Shown: positions 21,337 through 31,351 of the stretch, piece after piece
How the letters are laid out: each line of letters opens with the position of its first letter
Position numbering within the stretch: position 1 is the stretch's first letter
Origin: Spirochaetia bacterium
GTDB taxonomy: Bacteria > Spirochaetota > Spirochaetia > DSM-2461
Assembly (NCBI GenBank): GCA_963668315.1
Contig: OY764216.1
Coordinates: 2,848,001-2,912,000 of the forward strand
Reading direction: 5' to 3'
Length of the DNA: 64,000 nt
Notes under the pieces: model-generated
What the model was told of the DNA's origin: nothing
Database searches by the model: none
Seen by the model: the letters and a program-made list of their open reading frames with translations, nothing else
Translations under genes and position numbers: made by a program

Positions 21337-22167
21337 ATGTATGAAAACGGCATGCCTCGACTAGAAGAGAGGGAATTCAAGAAATTAAGTACATTCATTG
21401 AGACCGAAGTGGGAATAAGGATGCCTCCCGCCAAGAAAATTCTCATGGAATCCCGCCTGCAGAAGCGTCTGAAAGTTCTGAACCTTTCCGATTTCAAGGA
21501 ATATTACGACTTCGTTTTTACTGAGCAGTCACGGCAGGAACTTATTGAGATGATCGATGCGATAACCACCAACAAGACTGATTTTATGAGGGAGCCGGCC
21601 CATTTCGATTTTCTCGTAAACAAAGCTCTCCCCGATGTCACCCGAGGAAAAGAGCGGATCAAGCTGTGGTCCGCCGCCTGTTCCACCGGTCAGGAGCCTT
21701 ATAACCTGGCCATGTTCATGGAAGAGTTCCGGTCTCTGGGAAACAGGGTGGACTATACAGTCACCGCCACGGATATAAGCAAAAGCTGCCTGATCAAAGG
21801 GAGGAACGCCGTCTACGCCATGAAGGATATTGACGACGTATCCGCCGCCTTCAGGAAGAAGTATTTTCTGAAAAGCAAGGATCCTAAATCGGATCAGGTG
21901 AAGATAAAGACCTTTCTCAGGGATAAGGTCCATTTCCAGTCCATAAATCTCATGAAGGACGAGTACGGTCTCAGAGACAAATTTGACATTGTTTTCTGCC
22001 GAAATGTTCTGATTTACTTTGATAAGGAAAATCAGGCCAGGGTCATAAGCCGGATCGTCAATCACATGAATCCCGGGGCCTATCTCTTTCTGGGGCATTC
22101 AGAAAGCATGGCGGGAGTGAACAGCAGTTTACTCGGCGTCGCCTCGTCGATCTTCCAGAAAAAGTGA
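21337..22167 (+). CDS. cheR: Chemotaxis methyltransferase CheR
   Basis: ITTNKTDFMRE, WSAACSTGQEPY, FCRNVLIYF, LGHSES. Confidence 0.96.
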   Translation: MYENGMPRLEEREFKKLSTFIETEVGIRMPPAKKILMESRLQKRLKVLNLSDFKEYYDFVFTEQSRQELIEMIDAITTNKTDFMREPAHFDFLVNKALPDVTRGKERIKLWSAACSTGQEPYNLAMFMEEFRSLGNRVDYTVTATDISKSCLIKGRNAVYAMKDIDDVSAAFRKKYFLKSKDPKSDQVKIKTFLRDKVHFQSINLMKDEYGLRDKFDIVFCRNVLIYFDKENQARVISRIVNHMNPGAYLFLGHSESMAGVNSSLLGVASSIFQKK

Positions 22168-22268
22168 GAATTTCCTGCAAATTTCCATAAATATTCAGGA
22201 ATATATTGCAGTTTTCAGTGACAAGACTATAATTTTATTAGAGTGATATTAACAAATAGGAGCTTTCC

Positions 22269-22754
22269 ATGGCCGATGAAAAAAAGACTAATCAATATTT
22301 GACATTTACTGTTAGCGAAGAGGTGTATGCCCTTAATGTATTAAATGTACGGGAAGTACTGGAATTTTCCCAGATATCGAAGGTTCCCAGAATGCCCAAT
22401 TTCATGAGGGGCATCATCAATCTGAGAGGAAGCATAGTACCGGTTATCGATCTGAAGCTTAAATTCGGTATGGGCCAGACGGAGAAAACGATTGATACGA
22501 GCATTATCGTTTGCGAGATGGTTCTGGAAGAGGAAACCATAGTGATGGGCCTCCTCACCGACTCCGTGAGAGAAGTAATCGACCTGGATGAGAACGAGAT
22601 CGAGCCCACTCCCTATGTGGGAGCCAAGATCGATACGGCTTTCATCCTTGGAATGGGAAAGAAGGATGATGAATTCCTCATTATTCTGAATATGGAAAAA
22701 ATATTGACAGCCAATGAGCTGAACATGGTAAGTGCGGCCGAAGAAGGCGAGTAG
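22269..22754 (+). CDS. cheW: Chemotaxis adaptor CheW
   Basis: YLTF, GIINLRGSIVPVIDL. Confidence 0.96.
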   Translation: MADEKKTNQYLTFTVSEEVYALNVLNVREVLEFSQISKVPRMPNFMRGIINLRGSIVPVIDLKLKFGMGQTEKTIDTSIIVCEMVLEEETIVMGLLTDSVREVIDLDENEIEPTPYVGAKIDTAFILGMGKKDDEFLIILNMEKILTANELNMVSAAEEGE

Positions 22755-22763
22755 GAGGTAACA

Positions 22764-23129
22764 TTGAAGCAGATTTTGATTGTAGACGATTCCAGAACCG
22801 TTCGGGACAGCCTGAAGTTCTTTCTTAAAGAGGGAGGCTATGATGTCCTGGAGGGAGCCGACGGCATGGAAGCTCTGGAGGTTCTGAAGACGGCTAAGCC
22901 GAATTTAATTATTACCGATGTAAATATGCCCAATATGGATGGTTTAACCCTTCTGGAAAATGTAAGAAAAAGCGAGGAACATAAGTTTACCCCCGTACTT
23001 GTTCTTACAACGGAGTCTCAGCAGTCTATCATGGAAAAGGGGAAATCCCTCGGGGCTACCGGCTGGATAGTGAAGCCCTTCGACAGTCAGAAAGTGCTGG
23101 CAGTTATCAAGAAAGTGCTTGGAGGTTGA
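22764..23129 (+). CDS. cheY: Single-domain response regulator CheY
   Basis: VDDS, TDVNMPNMDG, LTTES, GATGWIVKPF. Confidence 0.93.
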   Translation: MKQILIVDDSRTVRDSLKFFLKEGGYDVLEGADGMEALEVLKTAKPNLIITDVNMPNMDGLTLLENVRKSEEHKFTPVLVLTTESQQSIMEKGKSLGATGWIVKPFDSQKVLAVIKKVLGG

Positions 23130-23130
23130 T

Positions 23131-23436
23131 ATGGCTCGTAAGAAAAATCCGGTGATCGTTAATCTTCCCGACGAATTTCAGATAAGTATGATAAACGAAA
23201 GGTACAAGGAATTGGTGGAAGTGATTAATGAAGAGCGTCCGGTTGTGGTGGATATGTCACAAGTGAGCAACGTTGATTATGCCGGGCTGCAGCTTATTTA
23301 CAGTCTTATGCGTTCCTGTGAAGAGAAGGAACTGGATTTTTCCATTACCAACGCATCTCCTGTCATCGTGCAGAAGATTGATCTTTGCGGCTTAACTCAA
23401 GATTTGCTGAAGGAAGGAGAGAATGGATCAATTTAA
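23131..23436 (+). CDS. STAS domain protein
   Basis: VDMSQVSNVDYAGLQLI; SD GGAGG before ATG 23131; typical position between cheY and cheA. Confidence 0.85.
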   Translation: MARKKNPVIVNLPDEFQISMINERYKELVEVINEERPVVVDMSQVSNVDYAGLQLIYSLMRSCEEKELDFSITNASPVIVQKIDLCGLTQDLLKEGENGSI

Positions 23437-25519
23437 ACAAGTATTTATAGAAGAAGCGGAAGAGCTGCTGGGTACCCTGGAGGATCATCTTCTGACTCTG
23501 GAGAAATCTCCCCATGACAAGGAAATTGTCGATGCGGTCTTCAGGGTCATGCATACCATCAAGGGATCGGCCGCCATGTTCGATTTCAAGGGAATCGTGG
23601 ATTTCACCCATGTTGTCGAATCCGTTCTGGATAAGGTCAGAAACGGAGAACTGGAAGTCGGTCCCACCCTTATCGATCTGACTTTGAAAAGCCGGGATCA
23701 TATTCAGGATATGATATCGGCCCCCAGTGACGTATCCCCGGAGTTCCAGAGAGTGTCCCAGGAGCTTATCGGGCAGTTCAACCAGCTGGCCGGCATGGAT
23801 GAACAGGATCACAATGGAGGGAGCTCCCCCAAAACCAAAGAGGAAAAGGAACAGAAAAAATCCACCCTCTATAGTATTAAATTTATACCGGAAAAAGAGA
23901 TCCTTTATACCGGGACGAACCTTATAGCCCTCATGGAAGAGCTGAGCGAAATGGGGGAGATCAATATCGTCTCCCATACCCAGGATATACCCTCTCTGGA
24001 AAATTATAATCCTGAGTTCTGCTATATACGCTGGGAGATCTTCCTCATATCCGAAGCGTCGGAGAACGAGATCAGGGATGTTTTCATTTTTGTGGAATCT
24101 TCCTGCGAACTGAAAATCTCCGTTATCGCCAGCAGCAGCGAACTGGATGAAGGCTACGAAGAGAAAAAACTCGGGGAAATCCTGATAGATAAGGGCATTA
24201 TCAATTATAATGATTTGAACGGCGCTCTCCATGAGCAGAAACCGGTCGGCCAGATCATGGTTGAGAGCGGTCTTGTTTCCAAGGCCGATGTGGATGCGGC
24301 GCTCAGACAGCAGCAGTCGGAAAGAAAGCTTCGCGAGAGGGCGGTCCCCGAAAAGGAGAGCAGCATTCGCGTCAAGAGCGATAAGCTTGACAGTCTTGTC
24401 GATTCGGTCGGGGAGCTGGTGACGGCCCAGGCCCGGCTGTCGCAGATATCCAGCCAATACGATGATCCCTCCCTCAATGCTCTGGCTGAGCTGATTGAGC
24501 GTCTGTCCACAGAGCTGCGCGATAACGCCATGGGGTTGAGAATGGTTCCCATCGGCTCGACCTTTTCCCGATTCGCCCGCCTTGTCAGGGACTTATCCAA
24601 GACCCTGGGGAAAAGGATAAATCTGGTGACCAAGGGCGGAGAGACCGAGCTTGACAAGAGCGTTATTGATAAGCTGAATGATCCCCTTGTCCACCTGATA
24701 AGGAATGCGGTGGATCACGGGATCGAGCTGCCCGAAGAGAGAGAGGGAAAGGGAAAATCGCCGGAAGGTACGGTAACCCTTTCGGCCGATTACTCCGGAG
24801 CCAATGTCGTGCTGGAAATCCGTGATGACGGTGCCGGTTTAAACCGGGAGAAAATCCTTTCCAAAGCCCTTGAGAAGGGCCTTATCTCCGGTGAGGAGGT
24901 CATGAGCGATAATGATGTATACAAACTGATACTCCAGCCCGGTTTTTCCACGGCCAAGCAGATTACCGATGTTTCCGGACGGGGCGTGGGAATGGATGTC
25001 GTTTCCCGGGAGATAGAGAGTCTGGGGGGCAGCATATTCATCAGAAGCGAACTGGGAAAGGGATCGGTCATTTCTTTAAGTCTTCCCCTGACTCTGGCCA
25101 TTATCGAGGGCCTCCTGGTGCGTATAGGGGACGAAAAATTTGTCGTGCCTCTGGCATCCGTACAGGCCTGCCTTGAGCTCGGCCGGGAAGAAAGGGAGCT
25201 TCACAGAGAAAAAAGGCTGTTCGAATTCCGCGGTTCCATGTATCCTTACATTAGACTTCGGGAACTTTTCCTGAACGGAAGCGCGCTGCCCGACAGGGAG
25301 CACCTTGTGGTGACTCAGACGGAGAACGGGATTTTCGGTATTGTTGTGGATGAGGTAATCGGTGATTATCAGACGGTTATCAAAAATCTGGGACGACTCT
25401 ATAAAAATCTGCAGCTTGTAACCGGAGCGACAATTCTGGGTGACGGAACTATGGCATTGATTCTGGATTTAAATAAAATAACCGTTCTGGCCAAGTCTGA
25501 ACGGAATGTAACAGCTTAA
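23423..25519 (+). CDS. cheA: Chemotaxis histidine kinase CheA
   Basis: FRVMHTIKG Hpt, HLIRNAVDHG, GFSTA..SGRGVGMDVV, C-terminal CheW domain. Confidence 0.97.
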   Translation: MDQFKQVFIEEAEELLGTLEDHLLTLEKSPHDKEIVDAVFRVMHTIKGSAAMFDFKGIVDFTHVVESVLDKVRNGELEVGPTLIDLTLKSRDHIQDMISAPSDVSPEFQRVSQELIGQFNQLAGMDEQDHNGGSSPKTKEEKEQKKSTLYSIKFIPEKEILYTGTNLIALMEELSEMGEINIVSHTQDIPSLENYNPEFCYIRWEIFLISEASENEIRDVFIFVESSCELKISVIASSSELDEGYEEKKLGEILIDKGIINYNDLNGALHEQKPVGQIMVESGLVSKADVDAALRQQQSERKLRERAVPEKESSIRVKSDKLDSLVDSVGELVTAQARLSQISSQYDDPSLNALAELIERLSTELRDNAMGLRMVPIGSTFSRFARLVRDLSKTLGKRINLVTKGGETELDKSVIDKLNDPLVHLIRNAVDHGIELPEEREGKGKSPEGTVTLSADYSGANVVLEIRDDGAGLNREKILSKALEKGLISGEEVMSDNDVYKLILQPGFSTAKQITDVSGRGVGMDVVSREIESLGGSIFIRSELGKGSVISLSLPLTLAIIEGLLVRIGDEKFVVPLASVQACLELGREERELHREKRLFEFRGSMYPYIRLRELFLNGSALPDREHLVVTQTENGIFGIVVDEVIGDYQTVIKNLGRLYKNLQLVTGATILGDGTMALILDLNKITVLAKSERNVTA

Positions 25520-25528
25520 GAGGATGCG

Positions 25529-26641
25529 ATGGGGCAAGATGACATAAGGGTATTAATAATTGATGACTCCGCGGTGGTGAGAGAAACTCTCACCAATCTC
25601 CTTAAACAGGAGAGGGGCATTGAAGTCGTTGCCACGGCTCCCGATCCGATAATTGGTGAAAGAAAGATCAAGCAGTTTGATCCGGACGTTATCATTCTTG
25701 ATATTGAAATGCCCCGCATGGACGGATTGACCTTTCTGAAGAAACTGATGGCTGAGAATCCCATTCCCACCATCATTTGTTCGGGGAAGACCGATTCCGG
25801 GGGCAAGAGTGCTCTTACGGCCATAGAACTGGGTGCCGTTGAAATTATTACTAAACCAAAATTGGGAACCCGTGAGTTTCTCAATGAATCGATAATCGCT
25901 ATCTCCAATGCCATCCGGGCTGCCAATGCCACGAAGGGCAGAGGCCTGGGATCGACGGGGAAAACACCGGTTAAGCCGGCTGCTCCCGTCGTTCCCAAGA
26001 CGGTCAGTCCCAAGCTGACGGCCGATGTGATTATGCCCGCCTCGGGGAAAATTTCCACAGACGTTACCGAAAAGGTTCTGGCCGTGGGAGCTTCTACGGG
26101 CGGTACGGAAGCGCTGAGAGTATTCCTCCAGGCCATGCCGGCAGACTGTCCGGGGATTGTCATTGTTCAGCATATGCCTGAGCATTTTACCAAATCCTTT
26201 GCCGACAGGCTCAACGAGCTCTGCGTTATAAAGGTCAAAGAAGCGGAAATGGGAGACAAAGTGGTGCCGGGGCAGGCCCTGATCGCCAACGGAGGCTACC
26301 ATATGCTCCTGAAGCGCACCGGAAAAACCTATTCGGTGGAGCTCAAGGACGGCCCCCTTGTCTGCAGGCATAAACCTTCGGTCGATGTCCTTTTCCGTTC
26401 AGCCGCCCGTTACGGGGGGCAGAACATCATAGGGGTTATCCTTACAGGCATGGGGGACGACGGAGCCCGCGGCATGGAAGAGATGAAGAAAGCGGGAGCC
26501 TATAACTTTGCCCAGGACGAGAGCAGCTGTATCGTTTTCGGTATGCCCAAGGAAGCTATCGCCCATGGAGGGGTGGACACGGTACTGCCTCTGGAGAAGA
26601 TTGCTCCTGCAGCCATAAAGAAAAGTCAGGAGAGCCGCTGA
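25529..26641 (+). CDS. cheB: Chemotaxis methylesterase CheB
   Basis: REC domain plus [28 protein letters not shown]. Confidence 0.97.
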   Translation: MGQDDIRVLIIDDSAVVRETLTNLLKQERGIEVVATAPDPIIGERKIKQFDPDVIILDIEMPRMDGLTFLKKLMAENPIPTIICSGKTDSGGKSALTAIELGAVEIITKPKLGTREFLNESIIAISNAIRAANATKGRGLGSTGKTPVKPAAPVVPKTVSPKLTADVIMPASGKISTDVTEKVLAVGASTGGTEALRVFLQAMPADCPGIVIVQHMPEHFTKSFADRLNELCVIKVKEAEMGDKVVPGQALIANGGYHMLLKRTGKTYSVELKDGPLVCRHKPSVDVLFRSAARYGGQNIIGVILTGMGDDGARGMEEMKKAGAYNFAQDESSCIVFGMPKEAIAHGGVDTVLPLEKIAPAAIKKSQESR

Positions 26642-28368
26642 TGACAAATTCGGACATGATTGAAAGACTGAATGATATTGTGAAAGACCTGGGTGAGATT
26701 TATCTGGGCATGTCCGATCAGTATCCCCGTTATTTCGAACGGCTGGAAAACGAATTCGCCTGTTATACCGGTGATGATGACGGGCAGGAGGGATTGGCTT
26801 CCGTATCGGAAGATGTCAGTCATATACTGGAGAAAAAGAATGATTTTTCCCGGGAGAACAGCGAGAGGGAAAAAAGTCTTATCAGTACCATTGACAGGGA
26901 GCTTCAGAAACTGAGCCTTATTGAGAAGGGTATTGCCGGTATGGAGGAGTGCTCGGAAGATCTGGAGCTGATCTCTCTCAACGCCATGGTCTCCGCTCTT
27001 AAAGCCGGTAATAACGGGGGAGCTTTTCCCTATATAACCCGCGAGCTTCAGAGAGTCTCCCGCCTATCGAGGGAGAACAGCAACCGAATCCGCATGTACG
27101 GGCAGAATCTTGACCGGGAATATTCAAAATTAATCGATAATGTCCGGGCAAGTCAGAAAAAAACGGGGGAGGATATAGGCGGAATCTATGAGACTCTGGA
27201 ACAGATCATTTCCGGTCTCTCTTTCTATGATAAATCCTTCCGCGATCTATGTGAGATTCTTGATAACGCGGTAAATAAAATGCGTTCCCCCCTCTATATG
27301 ATTATCGAGGAAGTTCAGAAGCACGATATCGTACGCCAGTCTGTCAACCATATCATTATTTCCCTGGAAGAGATACACGACAGTTCATGGGATGATGAGG
27401 GCGATGCGGAATTGAATAATCTCAAGTTCGCCTGTCAGGTTTATGAGCTGAGCCGCTTTATCATTGATGACATAAGGGAGAGCGTCAATAAATCCTTTGA
27501 AAAATTCACCAGAGAGAAGGAAGACGTTATCGGTATCCTCAATAATCTGGGAAAGGAAATGGCCGTTAAGGTGAAGGAGATCGGTCGGGATGATTTTGAG
27601 AAAAAAATCGAGTCCATAAGCCGGACCGTATCCCAATATTTCCTCGTACAGAATAACAGCTTCAGCAAGGGAGGATTGAGATCGGAACACTTTGATGAGC
27701 TGATTGATGACCTCGACGGCGGAATTGAGCAGTACGAGAAGGTCTTGAGCTCCATAAGAAGTATCCACGTGGCTTCCAGGATAGAAGTGGTGAAGCTGGT
27801 GAAGCTGGAGAACATGGATAACATTATCTCCAATATCGATACGACGGTGGGGGAGATGGAAGATCAGCTGTCTCAGATTGACGAATCGGTCGATGAGTTC
27901 CGAAAAGCCAGCGGTTCCATTATCAACGATTTTATGGAATATTCCGAGCAGGTCCAGAATCAGGTTCAGGACAGCATGATGAGGCTGGAACCGGTTCTCG
28001 CCGCCGTAAGGGATTTTCAGGGAAATCTGAAGAATCATTTCCTGCAGTTTGAGAAAGTAAATGACGATTTCAAGCAGTTTACCGGAATGGTGGATGAACA
28101 TCTTGAGCATATGGCGATGCTGATCCGGGAAATTGACCGTATCCGGGATACCTTTGAGAATGAGAGGATCGGATATGAGAACATTCTGGAAGATAAGCTT
28201 AAGGAGGCCGGTTATACCGATTGGTCCCTGGAGGGGGACAGAATTAAAAAACTGATTGAGAAATTTACCATCTTCATCCATAAGAAAGTAATGACTGGCG
28301 AAGGTGACGGAGACCAGAGTTCTCTTGATGCCGAACAGGCAGGGGCCAGCGAAATAACGCTTTTTTAG
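26641..28368 (+). CDS. Soluble, divergent chemoreceptor-like coiled-coil protein
   Basis: No TM; ELISLNAMVSALKAGNNGGAF tip-like motif, QKHDIVRQSVNH motif; coupled to cheB by TGATG. Confidence 0.7.
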   Translation: MTNSDMIERLNDIVKDLGEIYLGMSDQYPRYFERLENEFACYTGDDDGQEGLASVSEDVSHILEKKNDFSRENSEREKSLISTIDRELQKLSLIEKGIAGMEECSEDLELISLNAMVSALKAGNNGGAFPYITRELQRVSRLSRENSNRIRMYGQNLDREYSKLIDNVRASQKKTGEDIGGIYETLEQIISGLSFYDKSFRDLCEILDNAVNKMRSPLYMIIEEVQKHDIVRQSVNHIIISLEEIHDSSWDDEGDAELNNLKFACQVYELSRFIIDDIRESVNKSFEKFTREKEDVIGILNNLGKEMAVKVKEIGRDDFEKKIESISRTVSQYFLVQNNSFSKGGLRSEHFDELIDDLDGGIEQYEKVLSSIRSIHVASRIEVVKLVKLENMDNIISNIDTTVGEMEDQLSQIDESVDEFRKASGSIINDFMEYSEQVQNQVQDSMMRLEPVLAAVRDFQGNLKNHFLQFEKVNDDFKQFTGMVDEHLEHMAMLIREIDRIRDTFENERIGYENILEDKLKEAGYTDWSLEGDRIKKLIEKFTIFIHKKVMTGEGDGDQSSLDAEQAGASEITLF

Positions 28369-28379
28369 GTGATGTGAGG

Positions 28380-28408
28380 CTAAGGTGTAGTTTTTCTCTC
28401 TCCGATAA
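28380..28408 (+). promoter_or_regulatory. Possible sigma28-type promoter for the J-domain gene
   Basis: CTAAG-N16-TCCGATAA. Confidence 0.5.
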
Positions 28409-28462
28409 TGGTATCAGGGAACGCTTCCCTGTGGGGTAATTGTTTAACTGGGAGAAGAAAAC

Positions 28463-29188
28463 ATGTCGACGATCTTGAATGAAGAAGAAAAAAACGCCTT
28501 GAGGCTGCTTGGTGTATTTGATTGTTTTGATACACATCAGCTCGTGAAAAGGGAAGATCAGCTGCGCCGGCATTATCGGAAGCAGGCCCTTTCCACCCAT
28601 CCGGACAGAGCCGCCGCGAGAGGTGCCGATCCGGAAAGAATGAAAGAGGCTTTTCAGAGCATAAATGACAGCTATCGTCTGCTTATGGATCGTATAATGA
28701 TCCATAAGGGAGTAGCCTTTAGAACCTGCAAGGTAAAAATAAGACCGGAAGAACAGAAGAAAGAGACCCGTGAGAAGTCCGTATCCGTGGGTTTCTATAA
28801 GGGCCGTCTTCCCGAAAAGAAACTGCGTTTTGCAGAATATATGTATTATACAAAAAGAATTACCTGGGAGCAGCTGATTTCGGCTCTGTGCTGGCAGTTT
28901 ACCAACAGGCCAAAGCTGGGAGATCTGGCCCGCTCAAAGGGCTGGATGACAGAAGAGGAGATACTCATTCTTCTGCGGTACAAGAAATCTTCCGAACGTT
29001 TCGGACTGGCCGCTGTCAACAAGGGGTTTCTGACGATAGACAGGTGCCGGGAACTGCTTCGAGAGCAGAGATCCGTAGGACTTCCCATTGGAAAATATTT
29101 TCTGATCAAGCACATTATGACGCAGGAGCAGCTGAGGGAACAGCTGGGTGCGTTTCTTCTGCACAACAAAAAATACGGAAAGAATTAA
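28463..29188 (+). CDS. DnaJ (J-domain) protein with C-terminal MshEN-like repeats
   Basis: YRKQALSTHPD...FQSINDSYRLL; repeats such as KLGDLARSKGWMTEEEILILL and PIGKYFLIKHIMTQEQL. Confidence 0.8.
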   Translation: MSTILNEEEKNALRLLGVFDCFDTHQLVKREDQLRRHYRKQALSTHPDRAAARGADPERMKEAFQSINDSYRLLMDRIMIHKGVAFRTCKVKIRPEEQKKETREKSVSVGFYKGRLPEKKLRFAEYMYYTKRITWEQLISALCWQFTNRPKLGDLARSKGWMTEEEILILLRYKKSSERFGLAAVNKGFLTIDRCRELLREQRSVGLPIGKYFLIKHIMTQEQLREQLGAFLLHNKKYGKN

Positions 29189-29280
29189 TTCCTATCCTGG
29201 AGCCTGCCCCCGGGAATTCCTGGAAATATGAGAGTGAAATGTTGTGCCGCTTACGGTGACGTCCTGCAAGCTGAATATAT

Positions 29281-29309
29281 CCGCTTCTCTCTGGGAAGCG
29301 GTTTTATTT
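29281..29309 (+). terminator. Probable intrinsic terminator after the J-domain gene
   Basis: ccgcttc...gaagcgg stem followed by ttttattt. Confidence 0.6.
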
Positions 29310-29352
29310 GCTTTCTCTTCTCTCCGGAATTATATTTATAGGGGAGTAAGGA

Positions 29353-29928
29353 TTGTATAAATACTATAATAACAAGTTTAAAAAAGATATAATTGATATT
29401 TCAGCGGGCGAGTATATCGCTTCCGCGGAAGATGTGATAATAAGTACGGTTTTGGGATCATGCGTTTCGGTCTGCATTTATGATCCACGGAGAAAAATGG
29501 CCGGTTTGAACCATTTCATGCTTGTCGAATCCAGGAGCCTTGATAATTTAGGGGAGATGATGCGTTCAGAAAGATACGGTTCCTATGCGATGGAATCTCT
29601 TTTGAATGAATTCATTAGAACGGGCAGCCGTAAATCCGATCTGCAGTCCAAGGTTTTCGGGGGGAGCCGCATTCTGCAGACAGCTCCGGGAAAATCTATG
29701 GATATCGGGCATCAGAATATTATTTACGCTTTGAATTTTCTGGAGAATGAGGACATCCCCATTCTTGCCAAGGATACAGGAGGGGAACGGCCAAGGAGGA
29801 TCTACCTCTTCCCTCATAGTTTTAAAGTTCTTTTGAAGAGGGAGAAAAATTCTTCACTGGATGAAAAGAGTGAAATTCGTATTCCTGCGAAGAAGAGTGG
29901 AAGCATTGTTCTTTTTGATCAGGACTGA
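29353..29928 (+). CDS. cheD: Chemoreceptor glutamine deamidase CheD
   Basis: TVLGSCVSVC, GLNHFML, KVFGG, IGHQN, DTGG..PRRI. Confidence 0.95.
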   Translation: MYKYYNNKFKKDIIDISAGEYIASAEDVIISTVLGSCVSVCIYDPRRKMAGLNHFMLVESRSLDNLGEMMRSERYGSYAMESLLNEFIRTGSRKSDLQSKVFGGSRILQTAPGKSMDIGHQNIIYALNFLENEDIPILAKDTGGERPRRIYLFPHSFKVLLKREKNSSLDEKSEIRIPAKKSGSIVLFDQD

Positions 29929-29968
29929 CCTCTAGGATAGTCCGTGAATATATGATAATTTACCAGTT

Positions 29969-30559
29969 ATGATAAATTTCCGAACCGCCCGCTTTATGAT
30001 GTCCTGTCCGTCAAATAAAAATCTTCCGGGAGATAACATAAACGAAATAGCCTTTGCCGGACGATCAAACGTGGGCAAATCCAGTGTCCTTAATTCCCTC
30101 GCCGGCCAGAATAAACTGGCCAAATCTTCCAGTGTCCCCGGTAAGACAAGGGAGATAAACCTCTTTTCCATCAATGATAAGTACCGTCTTGTCGACCTAC
30201 CCGGATACGGGTATGCCCGAGTTTCCAAAAAGGAACAGGACCGATGGGGTTGGGAAATGACCCGCTATATAGAAGAAAGGGACAATCTCAAAGGGGTTGT
30301 CATTCTCATGGATATGCGCCATCCCCTGACAGCCCTGGACCGGGACATGATTGAACTTGTCCGTAGAGGGGGGAAGGCTTTTGCGTTTGTGTTGAACAAG
30401 GCGGACAAGCTGAGCAGAAATGAACAAGCCAAGACCATCAGGAAGGTTGAGAAGGACTTGCTTGCCATGAATATCCCCGCTCTGTTGATTCCCTATTCGG
30501 CAGAGAAAAAAACGGGAGTGGGAGAATTAACGGCTCTTCTCTCCGGGTGGCTCGAATAG
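29969..30559 (+). CDS. engB: Ribosome biogenesis GTPase YihA/YsxC
   Basis: GRSNVGKSS, PGKT, DLPGYGYA, NKADK. Confidence 0.95.
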   Translation: MINFRTARFMMSCPSNKNLPGDNINEIAFAGRSNVGKSSVLNSLAGQNKLAKSSSVPGKTREINLFSINDKYRLVDLPGYGYARVSKKEQDRWGWEMTRYIEERDNLKGVVILMDMRHPLTALDRDMIELVRRGGKAFAFVLNKADKLSRNEQAKTIRKVEKDLLAMNIPALLIPYSAEKKTGVGELTALLSGWLE

Positions 30560-31351
30560 AAGGTTCCCCTCCCGTCCGTCATCGATATTTCCCAGGGGCA
30601 CGATGTATCTTTTATCTCCCCGGGCAATCTGTTCCGTGTCCACATTATAGACTTCCTTTATGAGACCGGGGGTAAGAACTTCCGAGGGGGCTCCGTATCC
30701 CTTGAGAGAGCCCCGGCTCAGCAAAACGCTTTGGTCGGCGTAGTTCATGGCCAGATTCAGGTCGTGCACCACGGAAATGACCGTTTTGTTCTCGGTCTCC
30801 GTAATCATACGCAGTAATCCCATAATAGAGAGCTGATGGCGCAGATCCAGAAAAGCGGTCGGCTCGTCGAGCAGCATGACCGGAGTCTCCTGGGCCAGAG
30901 CTCTGGCTATAAGGACCCTCTGTCTTTCCCCTCCCGAAAGGCTGTGTACGAATCTCTCCCGGAGCGAGGAGACTTCCATCTGCTCCATGGCTCTTTCTGT
31001 TACCCTCCTGTCCCTGTCGTTCTGCCGCTGCCACTCCCCCCTGTGAGGATAACGTCCCATCATAACCGTTTCCTCCACCGTAAAATCAAAGGTTCTTTCC
31101 ATGCTCTGGGGTACATAGGAGATGAGGGAGGCACGCTGTGGCGGCGTGAGTTTTGAAAGATTCAGATCCCCATGAAAGAGGGAGCCCATCCGGGGCTGCT
31201 TCAAGCCGAGAAGAAGCTTGAGAAGAGTGGTTTTTCCCGATCCGTTCGGCCCCAGGAGAGCCGTGAATTTCCCTTCGGGAAAATCCACCGAGAAATCGGA
31301 GAAAAAAGGCGCAGAGCCATAGAAAAATGAGAGATTCCGGCAGCTGATCAT
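30527..31351 (-). CDS. Cobalamin/iron-chelate ABC transporter ATPase
   Basis: GPNGSGKTT, LSGGERQRV, LLDEPT, HDLNLA. Confidence 0.92.
   Translation of the reverse strand: MISCRNLSFFYGSAPFFSDFSVDFPEGKFTALLGPNGSGKTTLLKLLLGLKQPRMGSLFHGDLNLSKLTPPQRASLISYVPQSMERTFDFTVEETVMMGRYPHRGEWQRQNDRDRRVTERAMEQMEVSSLRERFVHSLSGGERQRVLIARALAQETPVMLLDEPTAFLDLRHQLSIMGLLRMITETENKTVISVVHDLNLAMNYADQSVLLSRGSLKGYGAPSEVLTPGLIKEVYNVDTEQIARGDKRYIVPLGNIDDGREGNLLFEPPGEKSR

Noticed and set aside
21291..21337. Possible pho-che co-transcription (phosphate taxis)
   Set aside because: Only adjacency supports it; cheR has its own sigma70-like promoter and no Pho repeats were seen there
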